DNA of 64,000 nt from Poseidonia sp. (GTDB lineage: Archaea; Thermoplasmatota; Poseidoniia; Poseidoniales; Poseidoniaceae). The stretch covers positions 85,848 through 149,847 of the forward strand of contig JBMZXF010000001.1 of the NCBI GenBank assembly GCA_049627345.1, written 5' to 3'. Position 1 is the first letter of the stretch; the number at the start of each line of letters is the position of its first letter. Position numbers and translations under genes: made by a program. Of the stretch, positions 49,598-58,276 are shown in pieces. Under the pieces are notes generated by a model, which did no database searches, had not been told where the DNA came from, and saw only the letters and a program-made list of their open reading frames with translations.

Positions 49598-51283
49598 GTG
49601 GCTGAAGAGAAATACGCCGATTATGTCCAGGCCGTGCTCAAAGAGTGCCCGGATGCGAACCCAACAGACGTAGCGGACGCCTTCGCCAAGTACGAAGAGG
49701 AATTCTACATCCCGCCCCAAGACGCCATGCGCTCGGTGCTCCGCCGTTTCCAAAGCGGCACCTCACCAACACCCGTCTCCGGCGGTAGCCAAGCAACTCG
49801 AACCACAAAAAAGGTCGCCGGTCTTTCGGAATTGTCGGGGACGGACCGTGATGTGGAGATCGAGGTGGCCATTGTGTCGCACAACATCCGCGACCAAATG
49901 ATTCGCGGTGAAGAAAAGCAGATCGCCTTCGGTATGCTCGAGGACAACCCTTGGGAAGAGAACGGTCAGCGAACCCGCTGGGACTACAAAGACTGGGGTC
50001 CGCATGCCAACCTCGCTGCTGGTAGCATCGTGCGCATCGAAGGGGCCAGCGTCAACGAATACAACGGAAAAATGTCGTTGAACATCAACCAATCCACTCG
50101 CATCGTTGTCCTCAAGGAGGGCGTGGCTGCGCCCGTGCCAACCAACGACCCGATCGACATCAATGACATCCCAAAGGAGGGCTACATCTGTGTTGTCGGT
50201 CGAGTGTTGGCCAGCCGTCCCGATCAGATTCATCGAAAGGATGGCTCCGGTTCCATCGATGTGGTCAGGGGCCGCCTGGCCGACGATACCGGCACCATCG
50301 GGTTCCTTTCGTGGGAGCCGTTTGAACACGAGGTCGGTACGTTGTTGAAAATAGACGGTGCTCAAGTGAGAAGTTTCCGGGATACGCCAGAATTGAATTT
50401 TGGCCGAACCACCCGAATCGAGGTGTTCCACGACGCCAATTTTGCCGATTTGGAAACCTTGGCAGCCAGCACACTGACCACGGTCGCCGCCTTGCGGGAC
50501 GGTTCAAGGGACGTTGATGCGGTGGTCCAGATCACCGAGGTCACGAAGCGAACGTTCAACCGAGACGGGGAAGAGAAATTCCTCTGGTCGGGCCAAATCG
50601 CAGACCCGACCGGTCGATGCCGCATCAGCATCTGGGACGCCCTCCCCTTCGAGGATGGCGACCTCCCCGTCACCGTTCAAGTCAAGGGCGCCCGCGTGCG
50701 AGCCTGGCAAGGTATTCCCGACATCACGGTGGACAATGCGGACCAACTGACGGTGCTGGAAAACCCTCCTTGGGATGCTGGAATGGATTTGACCAACCAC
50801 GCCGTCGACGTGAGCCTGACCGATGTGGTTGCCGGACCAAGTCGCGTCGGCATGAAAACCCACGGCATGCTCGTGAGTGTCCGTGAGGACTCCGGTTTCA
50901 TCAAGCGATGCACGGAGTGCCGCCGTGTGCTTCGTGATGGCGCATGTTTCGACCACGGTGCGAACGAAGGCAACGAGGATGTTCGTCTTCGGCTCGTGGT
51001 CGATCATGACGGCGCCACAGCAGCCGTGCTGGTCAACAAAGATGCCTCCTTGGCGGCGCTTGGGATGTCGGAAGACGACATGCGAGCCAAGGTCGAGGAA
51101 CTCGGTGACCTTGGATTCGTTCAACACGTGCGGGAGCGAATGCTTGGACGGAAGATCTCGGTCTCCGGGCGCAGCATCGTGGACGACCAAGGCGCCATGG
51201 TGCTCGCCGATGGATTTGAGATTGAGGCGCACGATGCGCAAATGCGTGCAAGTGAGTTGCGAGCTCAGTGGGGGTGGGCCTGA
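49598..51283 (+). CDS. rpa: Replication protein A (multi-OB-fold ssDNA-binding protein with zinc finger)
   Basis: Several OB-fold-like segments and CTECRRVLRDGACFDH (C-x2-C-x8-C-x2-H, the RPA zinc-finger spacing). The GTG start has GGGGTGA 6 nt upstream. Confidence 0.8.
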   Translation: MAEEKYADYVQAVLKECPDANPTDVADAFAKYEEEFYIPPQDAMRSVLRRFQSGTSPTPVSGGSQATRTTKKVAGLSELSGTDRDVEIEVAIVSHNIRDQMIRGEEKQIAFGMLEDNPWEENGQRTRWDYKDWGPHANLAAGSIVRIEGASVNEYNGKMSLNINQSTRIVVLKEGVAAPVPTNDPIDINDIPKEGYICVVGRVLASRPDQIHRKDGSGSIDVVRGRLADDTGTIGFLSWEPFEHEVGTLLKIDGAQVRSFRDTPELNFGRTTRIEVFHDANFADLETLAASTLTTVAALRDGSRDVDAVVQITEVTKRTFNRDGEEKFLWSGQIADPTGRCRISIWDALPFEDGDLPVTVQVKGARVRAWQGIPDITVDNADQLTVLENPPWDAGMDLTNHAVDVSLTDVVAGPSRVGMKTHGMLVSVREDSGFIKRCTECRRVLRDGACFDHGANEGNEDVRLRLVVDHDGATAAVLVNKDASLAALGMSEDDMRAKVEELGDLGFVQHVRERMLGRKISVSGRSIVDDQGAMVLADGFEIEAHDAQMRASELRAQWGWA

Positions 51284-52203
51284 TGGAGCGTGCAAGAATC
51301 GCTCGCCAGCCAGCCCATTTGTTGCTCGCTTCAGAATTTGGCAGCGCCACACTCCATGAGAAGGGCTCCGGAGAATACGACCCTTCGTTCGTCATCACCA
51401 AACTCGGGGCCAAAGTCAACAGAATCGTCGCCGCAGGTCTGCTGGAGCGTCTTGAACTTCGGGAAACAAGCAACGGGTCATCGCTCTACCAGGGGCAGCT
51501 TCGCGACCCCACCGGCCTCCACTATTTCTCCGTCGGTGAATACAACTCTGAGATGATGCAGGAACTCGCTCACCAGTGGACGGAACGCTTGGACGACGGC
51601 GAGCCGTTGTTGGTCATGATGACGTCCAAAACCCGTTGGTACCAGACCGATGAGGGGGCCGTCTACACTTCCCTGCGTCCTGAAGAGGCCTGCGTCGTGA
51701 GCCGTGAAGTCTACGCCAACTGGTTGCTCGACGCCTGCGAAGCCACCATGACGCGAATGAACCAGTACACATCGTCCCTTGAAGTCGAGCCAACCTTGGA
51801 CGCTTACGGGAGAGCAGGACTTCCAACCAGCCTTCTTGCCGCTCGTAACCACTACGGTGAGGTCGATTTGGAGCCGTTCAAACTCAATTTGATGCAAGCG
51901 CTGGACATTGCTGAAGGTCGAATTGAAGCAGCAACCACGCCCCCGCCAATGATGTCATTGCCGGATGGAGACGATGGTGAGAGCGAGCCGTCGGCTGGTG
52001 GTGACCAGGACGTGCAGGCCTTCCTGCTGCAGGCCATCGGCCACCTTGACCAAGGCGAGGGCGTGACCTTCGATACCTTGCTCAAAAACGCCGTAGCACG
52101 AGGTTTTGTCCGAGAGGTTGCAGAGGCCAAACTGGACGACATGCTCGACGCCGGCACGCTGGAGGAACCACGCTTTGGATGGTTCCGACTCGCCGCTCAG
52201 TGA
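51283..52203 (+). CDS. RPA-associated protein (COG3390-like OB-fold partner)
   Basis: LLLASEFGSATL...SFVITKLGAKVNRIVAAGLL...LRDPTG...VYTSLRPEE mirrors haloarchaeal Rpap-type proteins as I recall them. There is an ATGA overlap with rpa. Confidence 0.6.
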   Translation: MERARIARQPAHLLLASEFGSATLHEKGSGEYDPSFVITKLGAKVNRIVAAGLLERLELRETSNGSSLYQGQLRDPTGLHYFSVGEYNSEMMQELAHQWTERLDDGEPLLVMMTSKTRWYQTDEGAVYTSLRPEEACVVSREVYANWLLDACEATMTRMNQYTSSLEVEPTLDAYGRAGLPTSLLAARNHYGEVDLEPFKLNLMQALDIAEGRIEAATTPPPMMSLPDGDDGESEPSAGGDQDVQAFLLQAIGHLDQGEGVTFDTLLKNAVARGFVREVAEAKLDDMLDAGTLEEPRFGWFRLAAQ

Positions 52204-52239
52204 AGTTCTCGCCTCCAACACATTCAAGTCCTTCTCACG

Positions 52240-52617
52240 GTGTGGAAGGGACAGGGCTCTACCATGGCTGGAATGGATTTCTTTATTCGACCCGCAACCG
52301 GCACCTCAAGTTCTGACTGGGTGCGCATTGCGAACGCTGACATCAAAGTCCGAATGACACGACGATTGACCCGCACGGTGGTCCGAGGCCAAGAGGGCGA
52401 CGACCTCCACGATGAAGGCTCAGAATCCACGCTCTACACGATTCGTGGTGAGCTTACCATCGATGAATACAAGCGAATCGTGGCCATGTTTCGTACCGGT
52501 CAACCTTACATTCACGACCCCTTCGAAGAGCGGGATGTCAAGGTGATCTTCGCCGTGATGGAATACGACAGCGCCAACGAAGGCTTCCACTTTGAACTGC
52601 TTGAAGACGTGATTTGA
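52240..52617 (+). CDS. Small hypothetical soluble protein upstream of the type IV filament module
   Basis: An ORF of 117-125 aa with no hydrophobic segment and no motif I recognise. The start is uncertain: GTG 52240 or ATG 52264. Confidence 0.35.
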   Translation: MWKGQGSTMAGMDFFIRPATGTSSSDWVRIANADIKVRMTRRLTRTVVRGQEGDDLHDEGSESTLYTIRGELTIDEYKRIVAMFRTGQPYIHDPFEERDVKVIFAVMEYDSANEGFHFELLEDVI

Positions 52618-52630
52618 GGGGGCGCTTGTC

Positions 52631-53212
52631 ATGCGGAAGCTGGACGAAAAGAGAGAATTGCTCTACGTCATTCGAACCATGGATGTCTTGATGTCGTCCG
52701 GTGTTGGTCTTGAAGCCGCCATTCACACCATCGGCAAAGGCGGTTACGGCATCATTTCAGAGGACTTCTCGTCCATGATGAAGCGATTGCGAAAAGGTAC
52801 GGGCGGCGGACTCGACAAGGAACTCAAAGGGATGATGAAAAAAGCCGAGTCGGCGGGTTACAAGCGATTATTGAACACGCTTTACACCAACGTTACGCAA
52901 AACACCGACTTGGTGGAGACGCTCAAGAAGCAGGGCGCTCGTATCGAAGAAGAGCGCACGGCGGACGTTGAGAAGTACATCGAGGAACTGGGTGGTGTTC
53001 CAGAAACCTTGCTTTCCATCGGGATGATTGGGCCGATTATTCTCTCCATCGTCGGGCTCGTCCCGCAATTGATGTCGGGTGATTTGGGTGCCTTCATGTC
53101 GCTTCCGGATTCCTCAACGATCAACGCCGTCGTCAACATGGGGTTGTTCGTGACCCTGCTGGCCATGGCTGCAGTGGGCATCAAAGCCCACACCAAAGAC
53201 CCGGGGCTGTGA
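52631..53212 (+). CDS. Type IV filament platform protein, single T2SSF domain (TadB/EpdJ-like, N-terminal half of a FlaJ/PilC-type protein)
   Basis: A cytoplasmic helical domain (LMSSGVGLEAAIHTIG) is followed by two or three TM helices. A GAGGGGG Shine-Dalgarno is present. Confidence 0.6.
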   Translation: MRKLDEKRELLYVIRTMDVLMSSGVGLEAAIHTIGKGGYGIISEDFSSMMKRLRKGTGGGLDKELKGMMKKAESAGYKRLLNTLYTNVTQNTDLVETLKKQGARIEEERTADVEKYIEELGGVPETLLSIGMIGPIILSIVGLVPQLMSGDLGAFMSLPDSSTINAVVNMGLFVTLLAMAAVGIKAHTKDPGL

Positions 53213-53221
53213 GGTGATTCG

Positions 53222-53953
53222 ATGATTTTCGGTCTTCTTGAATCCTTCAACGACTCGCCGTTGTTGCTCTACCTGGGCGTGATTTCCATCGCCTGCATGG
53301 GCGGGGGGATTCCACCCATGCTTGAACGACGTCGGCGGCGCTCCATTGAGAATCAACTCCCCACCTTCCTTGAAGCGCTCTCGGATTCCGTTGGTGCCGG
53401 TCGTGGTCTGCAGGAAGCCATGATGGAACAATCCGAGTCCAACGACGGCCTCCTGGCAACATTGCTCTCAGAGACGTTGAAAGAGGCCCATGCCTCGTCG
53501 TTTGAAGCCAGCCTCCAAGCCTTTGCTGCGAAGACACGCTCGGCGCAGGTCCAGCGCGTGATGATGCTCATCGAAACAGCGATTCAACAGGATTCATCCC
53601 TCCGGGACATCCTCACGGACCTCAGCCGTGATTACGAGCGACTGAACGATTTGATGAACCAGCGCGAAACCGAACTTTCGGGCCGTGGTATGCTCATTAT
53701 CATCTTTGTTAGCGTTGGCTTACCCGTCCTCATCGCCTTCATCGTCGGCCTGTTTGCACCGGCCAGCAAAGGGTTCCAAATCACAGCCTTCAATCAGACG
53801 TTCAGCTTGTTCTTCGCCGCCGCTTCTGCGGTTGCCGTGGGTGTCTCCGGCCGCATGATGGGCCGCCTCAAGGACACCCTTTGGTGGCTGCCCATGTGGA
53901 TGGCGATTTCCATGGGCCTCTATTTGGGGGCCGTCAAAGCCGTTGGAGGTTGA
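53222..53953 (+). CDS. Type IV filament platform protein, single T2SSF domain (TadC/EpdK-like, C-terminal half)
   Basis: An N-terminal TM helix, then QLPTFLEALSDSVGAGRGLQEAM (T2SSF signature), then C-terminal TM helices. GAGGTGA lies 4 nt upstream of the ATG. Confidence 0.7.
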   Translation: MIFGLLESFNDSPLLLYLGVISIACMGGGIPPMLERRRRRSIENQLPTFLEALSDSVGAGRGLQEAMMEQSESNDGLLATLLSETLKEAHASSFEASLQAFAAKTRSAQVQRVMMLIETAIQQDSSLRDILTDLSRDYERLNDLMNQRETELSGRGMLIIIFVSVGLPVLIAFIVGLFAPASKGFQITAFNQTFSLFFAAASAVAVGVSGRMMGRLKDTLWWLPMWMAISMGLYLGAVKAVGG

Positions 53954-53956
53954 AGC

Positions 53957-55198
53957 ATGTCAGAACAAATTCTCGAGCAATACGGACGCGTCACGATTTA
54001 CACCGAAGCCAATCACCCATCGCCGATCTACCACGTTGATGGCGAAATTCAACCGAATCCCTACGGGGATTTGGCAGCCTTGTTCGAAGACGATGCGCTT
54101 GAAGAAGTGATGTACAACGGAGGAACACAGTGCGTGAAAGTGGCACACCGCAACCACGGCATGTGCCGAACCAACATCTGGATTGACGATGAATCCGGCC
54201 TTCAGATCGCCAAAAACATCGCTTCGTTCACCAACGTACCGCTCGGTGATGGTCCCGGCCTTGTCCCCATCTTCGACGGACGCCTGCCCGATGGCTCCCG
54301 TGTCAACGGCACCATTCCTCCGGTTTCACCCGACGGCCCCACCCTGACCATCCGTAAGTTCAAGGAAGACCCGTTGACGATGATCGACCTCGTGAATTTC
54401 GGGACCGTCAACGCCCGTCTTGCTGCCATGATGTGGGTTTGGATTGAAGGCCTTGATAGCCGGCCGGCCAACTTTGTCATCGCTGGTGGAACCGGTTCGG
54501 GTAAAACAACGACGCTGAACTGCCTCGGCATGTACATTCCTTGGTCTCGTCGTTTGCTGACGGTGGAAGACACCGCTGAATTGCAGGTCTACCATGACCA
54601 CTGGTTGCGCATGGAGACCCGGCGTGAGCGCCCTGATGGTACCCCCGAGGTGGACATGAACGACTGCCTCAAGTCCAGTCTGCGTATGCGGCCCGACCGT
54701 ATCATTGTCGGTGAAGTGCGCGGGCCCGAATGTGCCACCTTGCTCACGGCCATGAACACGGGCCACGATGGTTCGTTTGGTTCCCTTCACGCCAACACGG
54801 CCCAAGAGACCGTGACACGTATGATCAACCCGCCCATGAGCGTGCCTCCCATCATGCTCAGCGGACTTGACTTGATCATTATCCAAGCCCGTCTTCACGT
54901 CAACGGCAAGACCGCTCGAAAAATCACCGAAGTGGCAGAAGTCGCCGGTATGGAGGGCGACAAGCCCCGGTTGAACGCCATTTGGAAGTACAACGCTGCG
55001 ACCGACCAAATTGAAGAAACCGGTATTCCCTCAAAGCTACGTGAAACCATCTGCAACGCCGCAGGTGTCACCCCGGACGTCTTCGAACGCCACGTCGCAC
55101 AGCGCCAGGCCATCATTGAGGACTTGTGCCAGCGTGGTATCTCTGACATTCAAACCGTAACTTCAGTGATTCAGAACTTCTACGCACAACAGCACTGA
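53957..55198 (+). CDS. Type II/IV secretion-family hexameric ATPase (FlaI/TadA/VirB11-like)
   Basis: Walker A GGTGSGKTTTLN, Asp box VEDTAEL, Walker B RPDRIIVGEVRGPE, His box GHDGSFGSLHA. At 413 aa it is shorter than typical archaellum FlaI. Confidence 0.9.
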   Translation: MSEQILEQYGRVTIYTEANHPSPIYHVDGEIQPNPYGDLAALFEDDALEEVMYNGGTQCVKVAHRNHGMCRTNIWIDDESGLQIAKNIASFTNVPLGDGPGLVPIFDGRLPDGSRVNGTIPPVSPDGPTLTIRKFKEDPLTMIDLVNFGTVNARLAAMMWVWIEGLDSRPANFVIAGGTGSGKTTTLNCLGMYIPWSRRLLTVEDTAELQVYHDHWLRMETRRERPDGTPEVDMNDCLKSSLRMRPDRIIVGEVRGPECATLLTAMNTGHDGSFGSLHANTAQETVTRMINPPMSVPPIMLSGLDLIIIQARLHVNGKTARKITEVAEVAGMEGDKPRLNAIWKYNAATDQIEETGIPSKLRETICNAAGVTPDVFERHVAQRQAIIEDLCQRGISDIQTVTSVIQNFYAQQH

Positions 55199-55253
55199 AG
55201 CGCTTCCTTTCGCAGGGCGTCGCTTCGCTGGGGAAGGTGTCCGTTGCTCAACA

Positions 55254-56987
55254 TCAACCGTTGAGCCGGTTGAGCAATTCGTCAACCCGGTCGATTTTCC
55301 CACGAACACGTGCGATGTTGTCGGAGGCGTCTGAAACGGATTCAGCAACGGCTTCCTCTTCTTCCTGGACGGTGTCGGGGACGGGTTTGAAACTCGCCGC
55401 CAGCGACTTGAGTTCGGTCACGATGGCGTCAACTTCGGTCTCGGTCACCAAAACGCCCGGCGCAATACGTGGGATTTCGCTGGGTGAAAGGTAGCCAAGT
55501 TCTGCTCCTAAGATTCCGGCGCAGGCAAGGATTCGAGGGCGTAGGGTGCTGGTGTTGACCTCATAGCCCTTTGATTCAAGGAAGCGAATGACCAGCGCCT
55601 GTTGAGCGTCATCAAAGCCTTCTTCACCGGATTCAAGGATGGTCTGGACAAGTTCCTCAAACGAAGCGATGTTCCGCTCAAGGCGTTCAATGGTCGTTCG
55701 TTCTCGCGCCGCCATGTGCACTGCACCTCGGTGGAGGATGCGCATCATGCGTTGGCGACGCTGCACGACGGGGTCGTGAAGCGCTTGCGATTCAGTGATT
55801 TCGATGTGGAGGTCGAACAAGGCATGGAGTCGCCCGGAGACGCTGGGGACTCGAAGGTCAAGGTCAAGGTCTCGTCCTTCTTGCTCAAAGGCCATTCTCG
55901 CCTTGACGACGTCCGTGGCGTGAAGCGCGAGGATGTTTTCGAGTCGGTCCCGCAGCGTGCTGCGAACTTCCTCAAACCGCCGGAGGGCTTCACGCTCCGT
56001 CCATGATTGCGGCATGGCTGTCGCTGCAGTGCTTTCGTGTTGGACACGATAGTCAAGTTCCATGATCATCGTTGCCACGGCCTGATGAACAGCAGGGATG
56101 TCGGTGGAGAAGCCTTGCCCACGAAGCGAGTGAATGAATGCGTCCATATCAGCTTGGTTGGTGGTTGAACTGACCATCAAGAAATCACGAGCAAAGGCCT
56201 GGACCTCAGCCGCCCGCTCGCGGAGTTCCATGAGAGCCGTCTCGGTCTCAAGGCTGTGCGTGTCGGTCGTTCCCGTGTGTTGTATCATGGGTGGTGCCGT
56301 CGAAACAGGCGTCTCGTCTTGGCGTAGTTGCTGGTCAACCACAGCGTCCACCGTTGAATGAGATGCATCGTGGCCGATGGTGGCCAACTCCTCGCGAAGT
56401 TCCGTCTCATCTTCAAAGGACCATCCTCCTTCGTGTTCGTCAACAAAGGAGGCTACCGTGGATTCCACCGTGCTTGGAGCAGGCTGTGGAGCAGCGGGTG
56501 CAGCGGAAGGGACTCGCATCGGGCCGCGTGGTCGGCGGAGGCTCTTCTTGACCTTGCCCCAAGCGTTCTCCTGAGAGGCCAAGACGCCGGCAACGCGAGC
56601 AAGCAGGGTCTGCTTGTTGCCGGACAAGGGGAGTTCGAGGTCTTTGCACATGGCATGGAGTTCATCCCTCGTCATGTCGTCGAGCTTCTCAACGGCCAGT
56701 GATTTCGGGTCGTGGTTGAGGTGAAGGAACAACCGTTGCCTACGGGCTTTGATGGAACCGGATTTCTTGATGCCAAAGACGCCCAAAATCTCGCCCAAAT
56801 CGCTGTTGGGGATGCTTCGAAGGCCTGCAGGTGAAAAATCCCAATCGGGGAAAATAAGGTGTTGAATCAAGCGTGCACGGAGGGCTTCCACCGGTCCAGC
56901 CTTGGAAAGACCGTGCTGTTGAGCCATGTCCTTGAGGCCGTCGAAGCGGGCTTGGTACAACTCTCCCAACATGGCTGATGCGTCCAT
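55254..56987 (-). CDS. Hypothetical protein with three N-terminal SAP/HeH-like motifs
   Basis: LKDMAQQHGLSKAGPVEALRARLIQHL, LGEILGVFGIKKSGSIKARRQRLFLHL and LHAMCKDLELPLSGNKQTLLARVAGVL. I chose ATG 56987 because GAGGTGA lies 7 nt upstream. Confidence 0.55.
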   Translation of the reverse strand: MDASAMLGELYQARFDGLKDMAQQHGLSKAGPVEALRARLIQHLIFPDWDFSPAGLRSIPNSDLGEILGVFGIKKSGSIKARRQRLFLHLNHDPKSLAVEKLDDMTRDELHAMCKDLELPLSGNKQTLLARVAGVLASQENAWGKVKKSLRRPRGPMRVPSAAPAAPQPAPSTVESTVASFVDEHEGGWSFEDETELREELATIGHDASHSTVDAVVDQQLRQDETPVSTAPPMIQHTGTTDTHSLETETALMELRERAAEVQAFARDFLMVSSTTNQADMDAFIHSLRGQGFSTDIPAVHQAVATMIMELDYRVQHESTAATAMPQSWTEREALRRFEEVRSTLRDRLENILALHATDVVKARMAFEQEGRDLDLDLRVPSVSGRLHALFDLHIEITESQALHDPVVQRRQRMMRILHRGAVHMAARERTTIERLERNIASFEELVQTILESGEEGFDDAQQALVIRFLESKGYEVNTSTLRPRILACAGILGAELGYLSPSEIPRIAPGVLVTETEVDAIVTELKSLAASFKPVPDTVQEEEEAVAESVSDASDNIARVRGKIDRVDELLNRLNG

Positions 56988-57067
56988 TGTTGCCTCACCT
57001 CTACGGCTTTTGCCGCATTCAAAGCATATATGCCTTCGCAGTCCAAAGGCGGAGGGGAAGGCGGTTC

Positions 57068-58201
57068 TCACGGGTCCTTGGGTTCACGGGGCGGTGGTTC
57101 ACCGTCCAAATCCATCAGGCGAGGGCTGGGCTCCTTGAAACTCTCAGGCATCCCGGGAATGTTTCGTTTTGAGCCCTCGTGGTCGGTGGTCATCACGTTC
57201 AACAAATCCATGAATTCCTTGAGCAAGTTCACCATGCCCATGTGGCTGTTCTCGGGTTGAACGATGCGTTCGCAGGCCGCCGTCACGGTCCCGTCAGGGT
57301 TGAGGGTCTCAATCAGCATTTCAACCCGTGGCCCGCTCCGGTACACGCCCCGTTTTTTGTTGGGGTCGACCAGCGAGGTGAGCAATGTTTCGTCGCCTTC
57401 CTCGGAGGCCTTTTTGAGAAAAGTGCTGATCTTCCGCTGTTCGACGTAAGCGCCCACGATGGGCTGGAGGTCAGGCGACAAACTCTCCAGCAGCGTTGCT
57501 TCGAGCCGATAGGCCAATTCTGCACTGGGGTCGAGCATCTCCTTGACGCTGGCTTTTGGAAAGCCCTTTCGGCCCACGAGGAGGGTGAAGCCGTGCAGCG
57601 GTGGCGGGATAAATCGCTCACGGTTGTTCTCGGTTTGGTCTCGTTGAAGCCCCAAGGTATGACGGCGACCCTTCATTCGGTGCCCAGCATGGATGGCTCG
57701 AGGTACGATGAACCCGTCAATGTGCCCGTTCAACCGCTGCTCCTCAACCCACGGCCAGATGTCTTCCTCGTCCATTTCAGCCACGCTGCTGGTCGCTCCG
57801 AGGCGTTCAATCATGTCGTCCATGGTCTCAAGCACGAGGTCGGGGCGCATTCGCATCATTTGACGCCGAAGGAGTTCGTGGTCGCACAGTATCCTCGCAT
57901 GTTGCTCAAGGTACTCTGGCTTATCGTCGGCTACGAGCACCCAAGTGGGCTCCTTTCGGGGCAGCAATCCGGCAATGGTGAGTCCCTCAACGTCTCGCTG
58001 GTGCCAGTCAAAGGCACTCATGGCGAGCAAATCGCCGGTACCGTCCCGAAGGGTTTGGATGGCCGTTTCCATGTGAGGCAGTTGCTTGAGAAGGAGGTCT
58101 CGGTGCTTGCCGTGGGTGCTGACCGCTCGTTCAATTTGGAGGCGAACACCGTCGTTGCGGGATGGGGTGGTGAGAATCACGAGACGCCCACTGGTTTCCA
58201 T
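57068..58201 (-). CDS. Divergent porphobilinogen-deaminase (HemC)-fold-like protein, probably not a functional HemC
   Basis: My by-eye colinear matches to E. coli HemC are AMSAFDW / VHSMKDV, LLRRQ / SLRRQ, RPDLVLE / RPDLIIR and NGHIDGFIV / NGEYDAIIL. GGCQVPIG is replaced by PDLQPIVG, which has no Cys. I chose ATG 58201 because GAGGTGA lies 4 nt upstream. Confidence 0.4.
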   Translation of the reverse strand: METSGRLVILTTPSRNDGVRLQIERAVSTHGKHRDLLLKQLPHMETAIQTLRDGTGDLLAMSAFDWHQRDVEGLTIAGLLPRKEPTWVLVADDKPEYLEQHARILCDHELLRRQMMRMRPDLVLETMDDMIERLGATSSVAEMDEEDIWPWVEEQRLNGHIDGFIVPRAIHAGHRMKGRRHTLGLQRDQTENNRERFIPPPLHGFTLLVGRKGFPKASVKEMLDPSAELAYRLEATLLESLSPDLQPIVGAYVEQRKISTFLKKASEEGDETLLTSLVDPNKKRGVYRSGPRVEMLIETLNPDGTVTAACERIVQPENSHMGMVNLLKEFMDLLNVMTTDHEGSKRNIPGMPESFKEPSPRLMDLDGEPPPREPKDP

Positions 58202-58276
58202 CGTTTCACCTCGGTGAAGGTCGACCCTCACATGTCAAGGGCGTGGACGACCGGTTAAGAAGCCCACCCTCGTAGC

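Noticed and set aside
53210-53224. Possibility that the two T2SSF ORFs are one platform gene broken by a frameshift (a pseudogene)
   Set aside because: The junction contains a clean stop, a canonical GAGGTGA Shine-Dalgarno and an ATG at ideal spacing. Each half has its own TM segments, and split platforms are known in Tad/Epd-type systems. I therefore kept them as two genes, flagged for read-level verification.
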